From the NCBI GenBank assembly GCA_963804995.1, contig CAWDSK010000005.1, forward strand, positions 512,001-576,000: a stretch of 64,000 nt of DNA, read 5' to 3'. The translations under genes were made by a program, and so were the position numbers. How positions within the stretch are numbered: position 1 is the first letter of the stretch; each line of letters opens with the position of its first letter. Source of the stretch: an uncultured Acidobacteriota bacterium (GTDB lineage Bacteria; Acidobacteriota; Terriglobia; UBA7540). This document shows, piece by piece, positions 1-12,127 of this stretch. Below the pieces are notes generated by a model, which saw nothing but the letters and a program-made list of their open reading frames with translations, did no database searches and was not told the DNA's origin.

Positions 1-265
1 TTCTGGGGTTCCTCGGCGGAAGTTCCGCCTATGGCCCTGGCCGCGCCGCCCGGCGTGCAGGCATCGTGATCCAATCGGTCGGCCAGAAACACTGATGATC
101 AGTGATGTGCCGGGCCCCACAGGCGGCATTCTGCTGAAGTCCTCGTCCGGGGCCATGATCGCGATTAACGATTCGGGAATCACCATCAGCAACGGGCAAG
201 GGGCGACGATCACACTCACCGGCCCGAGCGTGACAGTCAATGAAGGGGCGCTGGTGGTGACGTAA
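1..265 (+). CDS. C-terminal part of baseplate spike protein (VgrG/gp5/phage baseplate assembly V-like) of eCIS; 5'-truncated by window, ~2 frameshifts
   Basis: Hand translation across indels near 60 and 90 gives FWGSSAEVPPMALAAPPGVQ-GIVIQSVGQ-TLMISDVPGPTGGILLKSSSGAMIAINDSGITISNGQGATITLTGPSVTVNEGALVVT*. This is a beta-repeat C-terminus lying directly before PAAR-like and gp25 genes. Confidence 0.75.
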   Translation, partial: SGVPRRKFRLWPWPRRPACRHRDPIGRPETLMISDVPGPTGGILLKSSSGAMIAINDSGITISNGQGATITLTGPSVTVNEGALVVT

Positions 266-298
266 AGTAGCACCGGGCCTTAGCCCGGCAGCCGGGAC

Positions 299-366
299 TG
301 TAGCGGCGGTCTCTGACCGCCGTGGCATTTGAAGCCCAAAACCGGCGGTCAGAGACCACCACTACA
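299..366. repeat. GTAG-type REP-like inverted doublet
   Basis: TGTAGCGGCGGTCTCTGACCGCCG (299-322) pairs with CGGCGGTCAGAGACCACCACTACA (343-366); each arm is itself palindromic. Confidence 0.75.
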
Positions 367-383
367 ACGGAGGAGGTCCTGCA

Positions 384-710
384 ATGGGAGGTTTTCTGCT
401 TCATCAGGGCGCGACGGTCCTTTGCAGCCACGGAGGGCAGGCGATGCCCACCGCGCCCAATCCGCGGGTGACGGTCAGCGGCCAGCCGACCGCTCTTCTT
501 CCCGTGCCTTGGGTGATCGCGGGGTGTCCGCTGGTGCCGCCACCGCTTCCTCCCTGTGTGACGGCGCAGTGGGTGATGGGGACGACGCGCGTGACTTCCA
601 ACGGGCAGCCGCTGGTGATTCAAACCGGTCAGGCGGTCTGCGTTCCCACCGGAACGCCGCTTCTCCCCGTGACGGCGCAGACGCGCGTTAGGCGATGTGA
701 GGCATTATGA
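384..710 (+). CDS. PAAR-like (DUF4280-like) spike tip protein; true stop may be ~699 because of an indel
   Basis: GGAGG RBS; ~105 aa with GATVLCSHGG...GCP...PC...NGQPLV...C metal-binding pattern; sits between spike and gp25. Confidence 0.75.
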   Translation: MGGFLLHQGATVLCSHGGQAMPTAPNPRVTVSGQPTALLPVPWVIAGCPLVPPPLPPCVTAQWVMGTTRVTSNGQPLVIQTGQAVCVPTGTPLLPVTAQTRVRRCEAL

Positions 711-1074
711 ATGTGAAATACCCGTACGGATTCGACAGCAGCGGGCGCACGGCCGCAGACCGATTTGCCCGGTCATATCAGCGACATGATCGAGCAGATT
801 CTGCTGACTTCGCCCGGAGAGCGCGTGAATCGTCCGACCTTTGGCTGCGGGTCACTCGCAACTGGTGTTCGCGCCGAATAGCGATGCCCTGGCGGCGACG
901 CAGCAGCAAGTGATTCAAGCCTCCTTGCAGCAGTGGCTTTCCGACCTCATTCGCGTGAACGCGGTGGATGTGTCTGCCCAGGACTCCACGCTGCTGATTA
1001 CGGTCACTTACACGATCATTCAGTCTCAGCAGCAGCAGACCCAGCAGTTCGTTTATGGCGGAGCTACGACATGA
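707..1074 (+). CDS. GPW/gp25 family baseplate wedge protein (frameshifted)
   Basis: Joined frames read MNVKYPYGFDSSGRTA...HISDMIEQILLTSPGERVNRPTFGCG...QLVFAPNSDALAA...ASLQQWLSDLIRV. T-x-PGERVNRPxFG is the gp25 signature. Confidence 0.85.
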
Positions 1075-3547
1075 TTTATTTTTGCTCACAAAAGAACCGC
1101 CGCGCCCTGGTGTTGCAGCACCCCACCCTCAATGGCATCGATTATCTGGAAGTGCCGAGAGGGGATGGCGACTGCGGCAAGCAGCTTCTGATTACGCTGC
1201 TCAAGGATGCGTCGCAACCTCACCCTGGAACCATCCCAGGTGCAGATTACCGGGGGGACGGCGACCTCCCAGGTGAAGGTTCTCTCCGTTTCTGTGGGCA
1301 CGAATGCCGCGCCGCGCGTGGTCACCGTGCAGCTTGACCAGTCCGGTGACTTTTCACACTTACACGCTTTCACTCGTCGCTAACTCTTCCACCACCGACC
1401 CTCCGGACGGCTTTGACCCGCAGCTTTCCACGGTCGACGTTTTCTTTCAAGGCCGGTTGCCCAACCGTTGGCGATTGCCTCCCGTGCAATTGTTGCCCGC
1501 CGGATACGACGCCCGAGCCGGACATCAATTATCTGGCCAAGGACTTCGGCGGCTTCCGGCAGGTGATGCTGGACCGCATGGCGGTACTCGCGCCTGCCTG
1601 GAACGAGACCCACGCCGCCGACATCGGCATCGCCCTGGTGGAATTGCTGGCTTACGCGGCCGATCACCTCAGCTACCAGCAGGACGCGGTGGGCACGGAG
1701 GCGTACCTGGGAACGGCGCGCAGCCGCATTTCGCTGCGCCGGCTCGCGAAGCTCGTCGATTACCAGATCGACGAAGGCAGCAATGCGCGAGCCTGGGTTT
1801 ACCTGAAGACTGCGAAGGATGGAGTCTTCATTCCCTCCGGGACTTTGATTTTTCCTCGCGTTCCGGGTTTTCCCACGGCTGTTCAGCCCAACACCCCACA
1901 GGCGGCCACGCTCCTGAGCAGCCCCCTGGGGTTCGCCACCATGCAGGACGCCGAGCTTTACCTGGAGCAGAATGAAATCCAGTTCTACACTTGGGGTGAT
2001 TCCGATTGCTGCCTCGCCAACGGCGCCACCTCGGCCACTCTGGTCGGGAATCTCACCACCCTGAGCCCGGCTCCATTCTGGTCTTTGAAGAAGTGATGGG
2101 GCCGAACACCGGCGATCCGGAAGATGCGAATCCCAATAACCGCTGGGCAGTCCGTCTGACCGGAGTGCAGATCACCGATCACTTGAACCGCCCGTTGGTG
2201 GATCCGCTGAACAGACAACCCATTACGCAAGTTTCCTGGGCTGCGGAGGATGCGCTGCCGTTCCCGTTGTGCATTTCCTCCACCACGGACGCCGGACACG
2301 GATCCCAGGCGCTGTTTGGGGTCAGCGTGGCGCGCGGCAATATCGTTCCGGCTGACCATGGCGTCTGGCAGGGGCTCCGGGAGGATCTGGGCCAGGTTCC
2401 GGCGGCGCCAGCGGCTCCGGTGACGGAAACAGTTGTGCGTGCACTTGCCAGGGCACTCCGCTCCCGCCACGGCCCCGGTATTACCCCGAGCTCTCCAAGT
2501 CGCCGGTGACCTTCGCCTGGCCTTTCGATACTACGGGGCCGGCCTCTCAGGTTCCTCACGCCTTCCTCCTCCGGCACATCGCGCGCCGCTCCCCGAAATT
2601 ACGGTGCAGGACGATCAAGGCCAGGCCTGGGATGTGCTCGAAGATCTGCTGTCGAGCGATGACTCCCAGCGCGTCTACGTGCTGGAAATTGAGCGCGACG
2701 GCTCGGCCTTCCTGCGCTTTGGCGATGGGCAGTACGGCATGGCGCCGGAGACGGGTACGGATTTTCAGGCGCGTTATCGCGTCGGAAATGGAAGCGCCGG
2801 GAACGTCGGGACGCGACTCGCTCGCCCATGTTTTGACCAATGTCCAAGGCGTCGCCGAAGTGCGCAATCCCCTGGCAGCGGCGGGCGGAGTTGACCCGGA
2901 AACCATGGAGCATATCCGCCAGCAGGCGCCTTTTGCGTTCCGCACCCAGCTTCGTGCCGTGACCGAAGATGATTATGGCGTCATGGCCGAGCGCGATCCC
3001 GCCATTCGCGAGGCGCGCGGCACGCTGCGTTGGACCGGGAGTTGGTATACCGCGTTTGTTTCCGTCGACACCTTCGCCCCGAGTGGACCTGACGCCACGC
3101 TGCTGGCTAGCGACCCAAACCCGGTTGAATCTGTTTCGCATGATGGGAGTGGACCTCGCCGTGGAAGGCGCGGTGATTGTCGGGCCTGCGCATCGAGATG
3201 AACATCTGCGTGGACCCGGACTTTTTCCAAGCGGATGTCCAGACTGCGCTCCTGCGAGCTTTTCGTTACCGGCAATCTCTGCACCGGCCAGCCGCGGGAT
3301 TCTGAATCCGGAAAACTTTACCTTCGGCCAGACGATTTATACCAGCCCGTTCATCGCCGCCGCGCAGGGCGTCCAGGGCGTTACCTCTGCGACGATGACG
3401 GTGTTTCAGCGGATGGATGATCCGTCGATTGATGGTGTGGCGCTGGGTTATCTCACCATGGGCAGGCTGGAGATCGCGCGCTGCGATAACGATCCGAACC
3501 GGCTCGATCACGGCATTTTTGTTTTGCATATGGATGGTGGAAAATGA
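1071..3547 (+). CDS. Baseplate J-like protein 1 of eCIS (multiple frameshifts)
   Basis: LNGIDYLEV, INYLAKDFGGFRQVMLDR, DIGIALVELLAYAADHLSYQQDAVGTEAYLGTARSRISLRRLAKLVDY, LRFGDGQYG, YRVGNG, GGVDPE, RAVTEDDY; ATGA overlaps at both ends. Confidence 0.85.
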
Positions 3548-6385
3548 ACGGCTCCTGCGAGTCTCCCCAGCCAGAGCTTTGCGGCTGCTGCCAGGGTATC
3601 GGCACCGAAACACCCGAACCGATTACCAATCGGCCCGGGCTCAGTGCCATCAGCTATCGCGTAGGCACGCACAGGACCTTTTTGGCCAGCTTGCTGGCGG
3701 CGCTCTCCGATTCGAACCTGCCGGCCCTGGCTCCTCTGCGCACTCGCGATGCCTCGGATTTTTCCATCGCCCTCCTCGATGCCTGGGCAACTTCGCTCGA
3801 CATCCTGAGCTTTCTATCAGGAACGAATCGCCAACGAATCGTATCTGCGAACCGCTGTTGATTCGTCATCCGTGATGGCGCTGGCCCAATTGGTGGGATA
3901 CAAGCCCTCGCCGGGCGTGGCCGCTTCAACTTTTCTCGCCTTCACGCTCACCAGCGCGCCGGGTTCTCCGGACAATGTCCTGATCCCCGCGGGAACCCGC
4001 GTGCAGAGCGTGCCCGCTCCCGGGCAGTCGCCACAGGTATTCGAAACCTCCGCCGACCTCACGGCTTTGATTGAACAGAACGCGATTCCTGCCCAGACCA
4101 CAATTCCCTGGCAGCTTCAGGGATCAGACATGAGCACCTGGATTCAGGGAGCCGCGAACAACATCAACATCGGCGATGCTCTGCTTTTCCTCACCGCGAA
4201 GTCGGGCCAACTGGTGGCCACGGGGCCGGGGGACGTTCATTATGTGACGGCGGTAAGCATCGACTCGGTCTCCGGAAACACTCAGATGTTCTGGGATCAG
4301 CCGCTGTCGTCGTCTTTCACTCAGGGCATGACTTCGGAGGATGTTTCCATCTTTATCTTCCGCAAGAAAGCTGCACTCTACGGCGTGCAAGCACCCAACC
4401 CGCTAACCCTTGGAACCACGACCTCCAATCCCAATCTCAGCTCGATTCCCGGATATCCCACCAGCATCGGAGCGGGCTCCGATTGGACCTTCTACTACCA
4501 GGACTCGAGCGACCAGATTAATCTCGACGCCTCGTACGCGGGGCTTGCTCCCCAAGCGAATGCCGCTCCACCCTGGATCGTGCTCACGGGTCTCGGCTAT
4601 ACCTCCTTCTTCCAGATCACGAAGGCTGTCGACTCGAATCCAGGCCGCTACACGCTGACCGCCAAGACCACTCAGCTCACCTCTCGCCCTAGGACAGTAT
4701 CCTCACCGGCGACACTTCTCTTACGCTCAACGAAGTGTTATGGGAATTCGTGCAGGAGACGCGCAATATTACGGCCTACGTGCAGAGCGTTCCACTTACC
4801 CCCACCGATCTACCCATCACGAATTGGACTGCGACCACCACCTATCCGCTCGCGGCCGGCATGATTGTGCCGGTCGAGGGAAGTTCGCTTTCCATCGTGG
4901 GAGGCCTCCAGCATCGCTCCCCATCAGCCGATCGGCATTTCCGGCAAGCGTGTGCGTCTTCAGGTGCTGCCGTCTGCCGGGGCCACCTTCACGCCGGACG
5001 GGTCATCCGCCGCGCTGACCGTTACCGATAACCAGATTTTCCTGGTTGATGCCTACCCGCCCGGCCACCGATGCGGCGAGCGGCAATCCGCTCTGGACTG
5101 TTCTGACCACCAGCAACGTCTCCGGCACACTCTCAGGTTGCGGCGGAATACGTGCAGTTCCTGCCTGCGGATCAGGGCGATCCGGTAACTGGTGAGGCCG
5201 CCGTGGTCAGCACCGTCAGGTGCAAGGGGATGTGGCCATGCTGGGTCTGCTGTCGCCCTTGGCGCGCATCTATGACGCGACTACCGTAAACGTCAATGCC
5301 AATGCGGTGGCGGCGACGCAGGGCGAGACGATGCATGAAATCCTGGGCAGCGGCGATGCCACCAACGCGGCGCTCGCAATTCACCTTGAAGCAGTCACCC
5401 TTGACCTACGTCAGTTCGCCGCTCGGCATGGGCGCGGATTCCACGCTCCAGGTCTGGGTAAACAATCTGCAATGGCACGAGGTGGATAACTTCCTTGACT
5501 CGGCTCCCACCGATCGCGTGTTCGTCACCCAAGTGGACGCCACTCAAAAAGTGACCGTCCAGTTTGGCGACGGCGAAGAGGGAGAGCGCACTCCGACGGG
5601 GCAGATGAATATCCGGGCCGTCTACCGCAAGGGCATCGGGGCCGCCGGCAATGTTCAAAGCGGCCAATTATCCCAGGCGCTGGACCGCCCCCAGGGGCTC
5701 AAGAGCGTGACCAATCCCGACCCGGCCACGGGCGGCGCGGACCCCGCCACCGCCGACGACGCCCGAGCCAGCGCGCCCTTGCACGTGTTGACCCTGGATC
5801 GCGTGGTGTCGCTCGAGGACTATCAAAACTATGCGCTGGCCTTCGCCGGAATTGCCAAGGCGCTCGCCACCTGGACATGGTCCGGCCGCACGCGGGGAGT
5901 ATTCCTGACGGTCGCCGGCGCCAACGGCACCGTGTTCCAGTCGGACGATCCCACGATTACCAATCTCAAGGCAGCGCTGTGGAACGCGGGCAATCCCTAT
6001 GTTCCGCTTGCAGGTCGCGTCGTATAGCCCGGTCCTCTTTGAAGTCGGCGCCAACGTTCGCATCGACCAGAACAATTACGATCCCACTCAAGTGCTTGGC
6101 GCAAGTGTGGCAGTCGCTCTCGACCAGCTTCAGTTTCGATCAACGCCAGATGGGCCAGGGCGTGGCGCAAAGTGAAATCATCGCTTTGATCCAGCAAACG
6201 CCAGGGGTGATCGCCGTGGAACTGACGGCATTCAACCGGCAAGGCCAGCCGCCGCCCGCCGGCGCGCGCTGCCACCGGTTTTGCTTGCCGCCTCGCCAGT
6301 TCCCGGCCAGGAGGGCACGCCGCAAGGCGCTGAGATGCTGCTGTTAGATCCAGCGTCGCAAGGGAATTTCGAGGTATGGTCATGA
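3544..6385 (+). CDS. Baseplate J-like protein 2 of eCIS (multiple frameshifts)
   Basis: Cys-rich N-terminus (CGCC), NRPGLSAISYRVGT, IALLDAWA, YQERIANESYLRTA, LVGYKPSPGVAA, ATQGET-EILGSGDA, QFGDGEEG, GGADP, LDRVVSLEDY. Confidence 0.85.
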
Positions 6386-8674
6386 GCCTGGACGCCGCAC
6401 AACTTTACGCCCTGTTACCCGCCATTTATCGCACTCGCGATGCGGAAAACGGCGAGCCGCTCCAGGCCTTGCTCTCGGTGATCGCTGCGCAGGCCGCCAT
6501 CCTGGAAGAGAACATCCAGCAGCTTTACGATGACCAGTTCATCGAAACGTGCGCGCCGTGGGTCATTCCTTATATCGGCGATCTGGTCGGCTCCAACACG
6601 ATTTACGAGATTTCCGGGGCAGCGAGCGGCAGGCGCGCCGAAGTTGCCAACACCATCGGGTATCGGCGGCGAAAGGGCACCGTGTTGGCCCTGGAACAGG
6701 TCGCGATGGACGTTTCGGGGCTGCCCGCCGCGGCGGTTGAGTTTTTCAAAAGACTGATCACCACCGAAAGCATGCGCCACGTTCGCCCCTACCACGCGGC
6801 AACCGTCGACTTGCGCCGAGGGTTGGAACTGGAGCGGCAAGGCTCCGCCTTCGACACGCTGAACCGCACCGTGGACGTTCGGCGAATCGCCCCGCGCGTC
6901 CGCACGGTGTCAGACCCGGACCCGACTCCTCTGGACATAAATCTGCACGGGGGCGGACGATTCAATATTCCGGACGTGGGCGTCTACCTCTGGCGCTGGA
7001 AGATCTTTCCGGTGACCCAGGCCCCTGCGTTTCGCGTGGATGCCGCGCGATATATGTTCAGCCCCTTGGGACAGGACATGCCGCTGTTCAATGCCCTGCG
7101 CGCCCCGCGACTCGTTCAGCCGTCTGACCACACGCCTCGATGTGCCCCAGCCGATTTTGCGGCGCGAGTTTTACAAGAATCTCCAGCAGTTCTATGGGCC
7201 GAACAACAGCGTCGCGGTCTACGCGGATGGCGCCCTCATTGATGCGTCAAAGATTTGCTGCCGCGATCTTTCCGATCGCCCGGACCATTCGTGGGGCTGC
7301 ACTGCCTCAGGGAAGGTTGCGATCGACCCGGTCCTGGGCAGAATCCAACTGGCGGCGGATTTCCCCGTGCCGCAAGCAGTTGCAGGTAAGTTACTGCTAT
7401 GGATTTCCGGCTGAAATCGGCGGCGGCCCGTATGACCGCACCCCGAATCTTCCCACCCTCGATCCCAGCCAGTTCAACTACGTTGCGGTGGTCGGATCCA
7501 GCGCGGCGCCCACCCTGGAAGAAGCGATTGCCGACTGGAATCTTCTACCCGCGGGTTCCAGGGACTGATTATTCTGCCGGGTTTTGAAACGCTCGACGTG
7601 AATCTTACAGGGGCGGCCGCCATCGCTTTGCCCGCGCAGAGCCAACTGTGGATTCTTTCCGCCCAACTGCATCCTTCCGGTGGAAACAATTTCACCTATG
7701 AAGATTCTTGCGTGGCTCCTGCGCGGCAATATCGAAGTCCAGGGACAGCGGGGCGCGCGGCGTTAACGTTCCGCCTGCCGGGCAGCTCTCCATCAGTGGC
7801 GTCTGGATTTCTGGATCCCTCCGGATTCTCGGCGACGCCGCCAATGTCCAATTGATGGATTGCACGCTCGTTCCCGGGAATCGCGCTCGAAGCGCTGTGG
7901 CATGCCGACGATGCCGGGCGAGCCGAGCGTTGTCGCTTCGGCTGCGGAGGTGAACCTGAGCCTCATCCGTTGTATCACCGGGCCGATCGGCGTCTGCCGT
8001 GGGAGGCACCACCCGAATCTGCTCGAGCATTATCGACAGCGGCTCGCGTTGTAGCGTTGCTTACGCCGCCGCGGATTTGGCTTCCGAGGGCGCGGATCTT
8101 CATATCGAGGACAGCACGGTCATCGGCAAGGTTCACGTCCGCCTGATGGAGTTGGCGTCGAATACGATCTTTCTGGCGCGCCTGGCGCGGCACGATCCGC
8201 TGGAAGGCGGCGTTGTGGTGCAGCCGCCAGCAGGCCGGATGCATGCGCTTTTGCTTTCTCCCGGCCAGCGCCATTACTCCCCAGCAGTTTCACTGCCTGC
8301 CCGCTGACCCCACCCAGGAAGATGCCTTGCAGCCCAAGTTCGTCATTCTGCGCTACGGCCATCCGTCTTATGGGTTGCTCAGCGGCGATACCCCGATGGC
8401 CATCTGGACCGGCGCTGACAACGGTTCTCAGATCGGTGTGTACAACCTCTTGCAGGAAACCCAGGCGGTGCGCAACGTCCAATTGCGGGCGCAGGAGTAC
8501 GTGCCATTCGGGTTGGAAGCAGGAGTCTTTTTGGAACCATCGCGCGCCGGTGGTCATCAAGCCGCGCCCATCTGCTTATGGCTACGGGCTGTCAAGGCCA
8601 GCACTTGGAATCTTTGCGGTGACGTCGAAGAGGACGATCTTAGATTCGTGGGTGTCGGCGCAGCCCTGATCTAG
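6382..8674 (+). CDS. eCIS baseplate/tail protein (phage tail protein I-like N-terminus; frameshifted)
   Basis: LYALLPAIYRTRD, LYDDQFIETCAPWVIPYIGDLVG, RAEVANTIGYRRRKGT, AIDPVLGRI, GADNGSQIGVY, EYVPFGLEAG; translationally coupled to the J-like gene. Confidence 0.8.
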
Positions 8675-8744
8675 CGCTACGCGAGCGCATGAGGCAATGG
8701 GACCGGAATCAAGGCTGATCCCTCAAGAACAGGAGAAGCTCACC

Positions 8745-11171
8745 ATGAAAGGCGACTTTAGTCAGACTGCGGTTTAGTCCTGGGCAAGAATTACACTTCC
8801 GTGCTTCAGCAGCAGGGACGTGTCTCCCTGGATGCCGACGCGAACGAACAGTGCGCGATCAACGACTATCTCCGCACCACGGAGACGGTCGATATCGTCG
8901 GAACGGTAGGCGGGCCGGTAGCAGATGAAGGCTTCAAATCGCCGTGCAAGGCGACACCCTTGAGATCGGCAAAGGGCGCTATTACGTTGATGGGATTCTC
9001 TGTGAGAATGAGCAGCTCCTGCCATACTCGGACCAGCCCTATCCTGATCAACCCCAGCCCGACACGATCCAGCGCTTCTCAATAGTCTTCGCCAGGGCTC
9101 GATCAGCGTCATCCAGGTTTATCTCCAGGTCTGGCGGCGGCTGGTAACGGCCCTGGATGATCCCTGCCTGCGCGAGCCGGCCCTCGGCCAGGCGGATACC
9201 ACCGCCCGCCTGCAAACCGTTTGGCGGGTGGTGGCCCATTCGCGGGTGGCATCCGCAACGAGTACGGCCGACGTCTGCCAACATCCAGCCCCTCCTTGCC
9301 CTCCGCCACGATCTTGGACATCGCCACCGCGACCTTCAACATGTCGTCGCGGATGTTGCGATCCGCAGAACATGTTGTGACAGCAATGGAGGTGGACCAC
9401 GCCGGCGTTGCGGGCTCCGGGCACGACTGAGTGCGCAAACCAGCGGTGGCTCAGGAGACTGCTCCTGCCAGCCCACGCCGGCGGCCGGCTATCGCGGCCT
9501 GGAAAACCAGCTCTATCGAGTTGAAATCCACCAGGCCGGCAACGAGGCAGAAGCAACCTTCAAATGGTCGCGGGAGAACGCCTCCGTCGTCGTGGCGATC
9601 ACGGGCGTTTCCGGCAGCCAGGTTTATGTCGATAGTCTCGGCCCCGACGCCAACCTTGGATTCGCTCCCGGACAATGGGTTGAAATCTCCGATGACAGCA
9701 ACCTGTTCGGGCAAAATCCCAACCAGCCAGGCGATCTCTACCAAATCCAGAGCGTAAGTCCGGAAACGCTCAGCGTTACCATGACGCAACCGGTGGCGTC
9801 GGTAGACCCGAGCAAGAACGCGCGAATGCGGCGCTGGGACCAGTTTGGGTCATCCGCCGGCTTCGAACGGCATAAGTCTTTCCGCAGGCTCATGGCTCGA
9901 TTTGGAGAACGGAATCCAGGTCCAATTCACCAAGGGGCCAGTACGAGTCGGGTGATTACTGGCTCATTCCGGCGCGCACCGCCACGGGGCAAATCGAATG
10001 GCCACCTTGCAGTAGCGACGGCAACGCTTTCCAGCCTCCCCATCGCATCGAGGTCTTTCTTGCTCCCTTGGCTTGCATTCAATGGGACAGCCAGAAGCGT
10101 GTGGCCCACGTGCAAGACTGCCGGAAGTCGTTTTATCCGCTCACCGCATTGACGCCACCCGCGGCTCCGACGGCCCTGCACGTCTCGAAATTCAGTTGGG
10201 CAAACGACGATGTGATGACACTCGATCAGTTGGTGGCCAACGGATCTCGACCATCACGCTCGACCAGGCGCCGACCAGTCCCATCAACGGAGCAAACTTC
10301 GTCGTCACGCTTGGAGCCTGCGGCTCCGCCCGCCAGCACTCGGCGACCGCGAGCGCATTGGCATCTGCCAGCGCCGCAAGCGAGGCACTGCCGTCCACGA
10401 TTCTGCGCGGCATTACGATTGTCGATGCCAAGATCACCGTGAGCAGCGCAACACTTTCCTGGCAACTGCCGTATCTTCAAGCGAACGCTGCGCAGCGCAT
10501 AACTATTCTGTTTCTTGACGAGCTGCTTTCCTTTGGCGCGCCCGCCCGGTGGTTTGCGCGGGCGCGAGTCAGATTGCTGGGCCGCGCGATCTTCTCGGGA
10601 AGCGGCGCCAGTCAGCTTTTTCTGGATGGCCAGAGCTTTGGCCAGTCGGCCACTCGCGCGGACGGAAAAACGCCGCGCATCGATCTGCAACTGCCCTCGG
10701 GCAACGGTGAGAAGGCCAGCGACTTCGAGGGATGGTTCTATGTTGCGCCCACGCTCCTGCTGGTTTCGGTCGCGGTGAATTATCCCGCGCTGACGGTGGT
10801 TGTCGAACTCCAACAACGCAGTGACGGGTGTGCAGGCTACTCCGGCGGGTGGCACTACGCCCCAAACCGTCACTCCCCAAGGCAACGGTCACGGTGAGCT
10901 ATCCCGCCATTGCCGACACCACGATCAATCTGGCGCTCTCAGGAGCCAGCGGCGTGGGCACCGTTGCAAACATTCCATCGACGCGTGACGGTGAAGAAGA
11001 ACACGACCGCCGCCAATTTTCCCATTTCGATTCTGAGCAATCCCGGGGCAAACACCACGCTCACTTTTCAAATCACCGCCTCGCTGAATTCGGCGGTCGG
11101 ACCGGTGGGCGCCCAGAGCGCTTCCTTTACGCGTGACCGGCGTCCAACCGCCGTCGCCGATCTTTAAGTAG
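8745..11171 (+). CDS. DUF6519 domain protein, putative eCIS tail fibre/attachment component (frameshifted)
   Basis: AGGAG RBS; MKGDFS...VLQQQGRVSLDADANE, GRYYVDGILCEN, GYRGLENQLYRVEIH, FKWSRENAS, LENGIQVQF, GDYWLIPARTATG. Confidence 0.8.
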
Positions 11172-11196
11172 ACGGAAGAGGAGGAGAATCTGAACG

Positions 11197-12127
11197 ATGC
11201 GAGCCGTCTGGTCTTTCTGGAGCCGGCCGTTTCACGCCTACTATGGCAGCATCTGGTGTAAGCCCCTGCACCATTTATTGGCTTGGGGGCTCTCCGTCGA
11301 AACTGCCAGCCGGCATTATCCCGACACGGTCTTGATTACGGATCGGCCCGGGAAGAAGCTGCTCGTCGACCAACTCGGCCTGCCACTTTGCCGAAGTCTC
11401 GACGGAACTCGAGCGGCTGGACGGCGTCGACCCCGGCTGGTGGGCCTTGGGAAAACTCGTCGCCTACAGCCTTCAGGATCGGCCTTTCGTTCACCTTGAT
11501 TCGGACGTTTTCTTGTGGAAGCGCTTGCCCCGTCACCTCCTCGATTCTCCAGTCTTTACGCAGTACCCGGAGGGCTTTCACGATCATGATCCCCATTACC
11601 GACCCCAGGATATTGAGTGGGCGTTCGCTCAACAGTCAACGAAACTCCCGATGGAATGGGAATGGGCGCGCTCGAATCGCAGCCATTTCCCGGCCGAGAA
11701 CTGCGGAATTCTAGGCGGTTCGCATGTTGAATTCCTGCGCTACTACGCGCAGACCGCCGTCGATTTAGTTTTGCGACCGGAGAACGCGGCGGCTTGGTCA
11801 CGCCTGCACGACAAGCGGTGTTACAACGTCGTTCTTGAGCAGTTCTTCCTTTCGGCCTGCGCGGGGTTCCATGGTGTTCATCCGGCCTCGCCCTACCAAG
11901 GGGTACGAATAAGCCGTCTCTTCAACTCATGGGAAGAGGCCTTTGATCCGAACCATGCCGCGCGCATCGGATTCACGCATCTGGTGGCCGGGGCCAAATC
12001 CCATCCGGCCGTCGGGAAGACGCTTGGAGGAACGCGTGCGCCGCGAAAATCCCGCGTACTTCCGCCGCTGCGAGCAAGTGCTGGCGAAGGCGGAGAGATT
12101 GATTTGACCTGGAAAGATCTGGATTGA
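11197..12127 (+). CDS. DUF6734-family protein with glycosyltransferase-like DxD motif (frameshifted ~11390 and ~12015)
   Basis: GAGGAG RBS; MRAVWSFWSRPF, LITD, WWALGKLVAY, PFVHLDSDVFLW, NCGILGG, LEQ, GFTHL. Confidence 0.65.

Noticed and set aside
1071..11171. Programmed frameshifting in eCIS genes
   Set aside because: Shifts are too numerous and lack a common slippery motif.
1..12127. Prophage tail region or T6SS
   Set aside because: No head, packaging, lysis, integrase or TssJLM/TssK genes in view; two J-like genes plus DUF6519 fit eCIS better. The upstream region is not visible.
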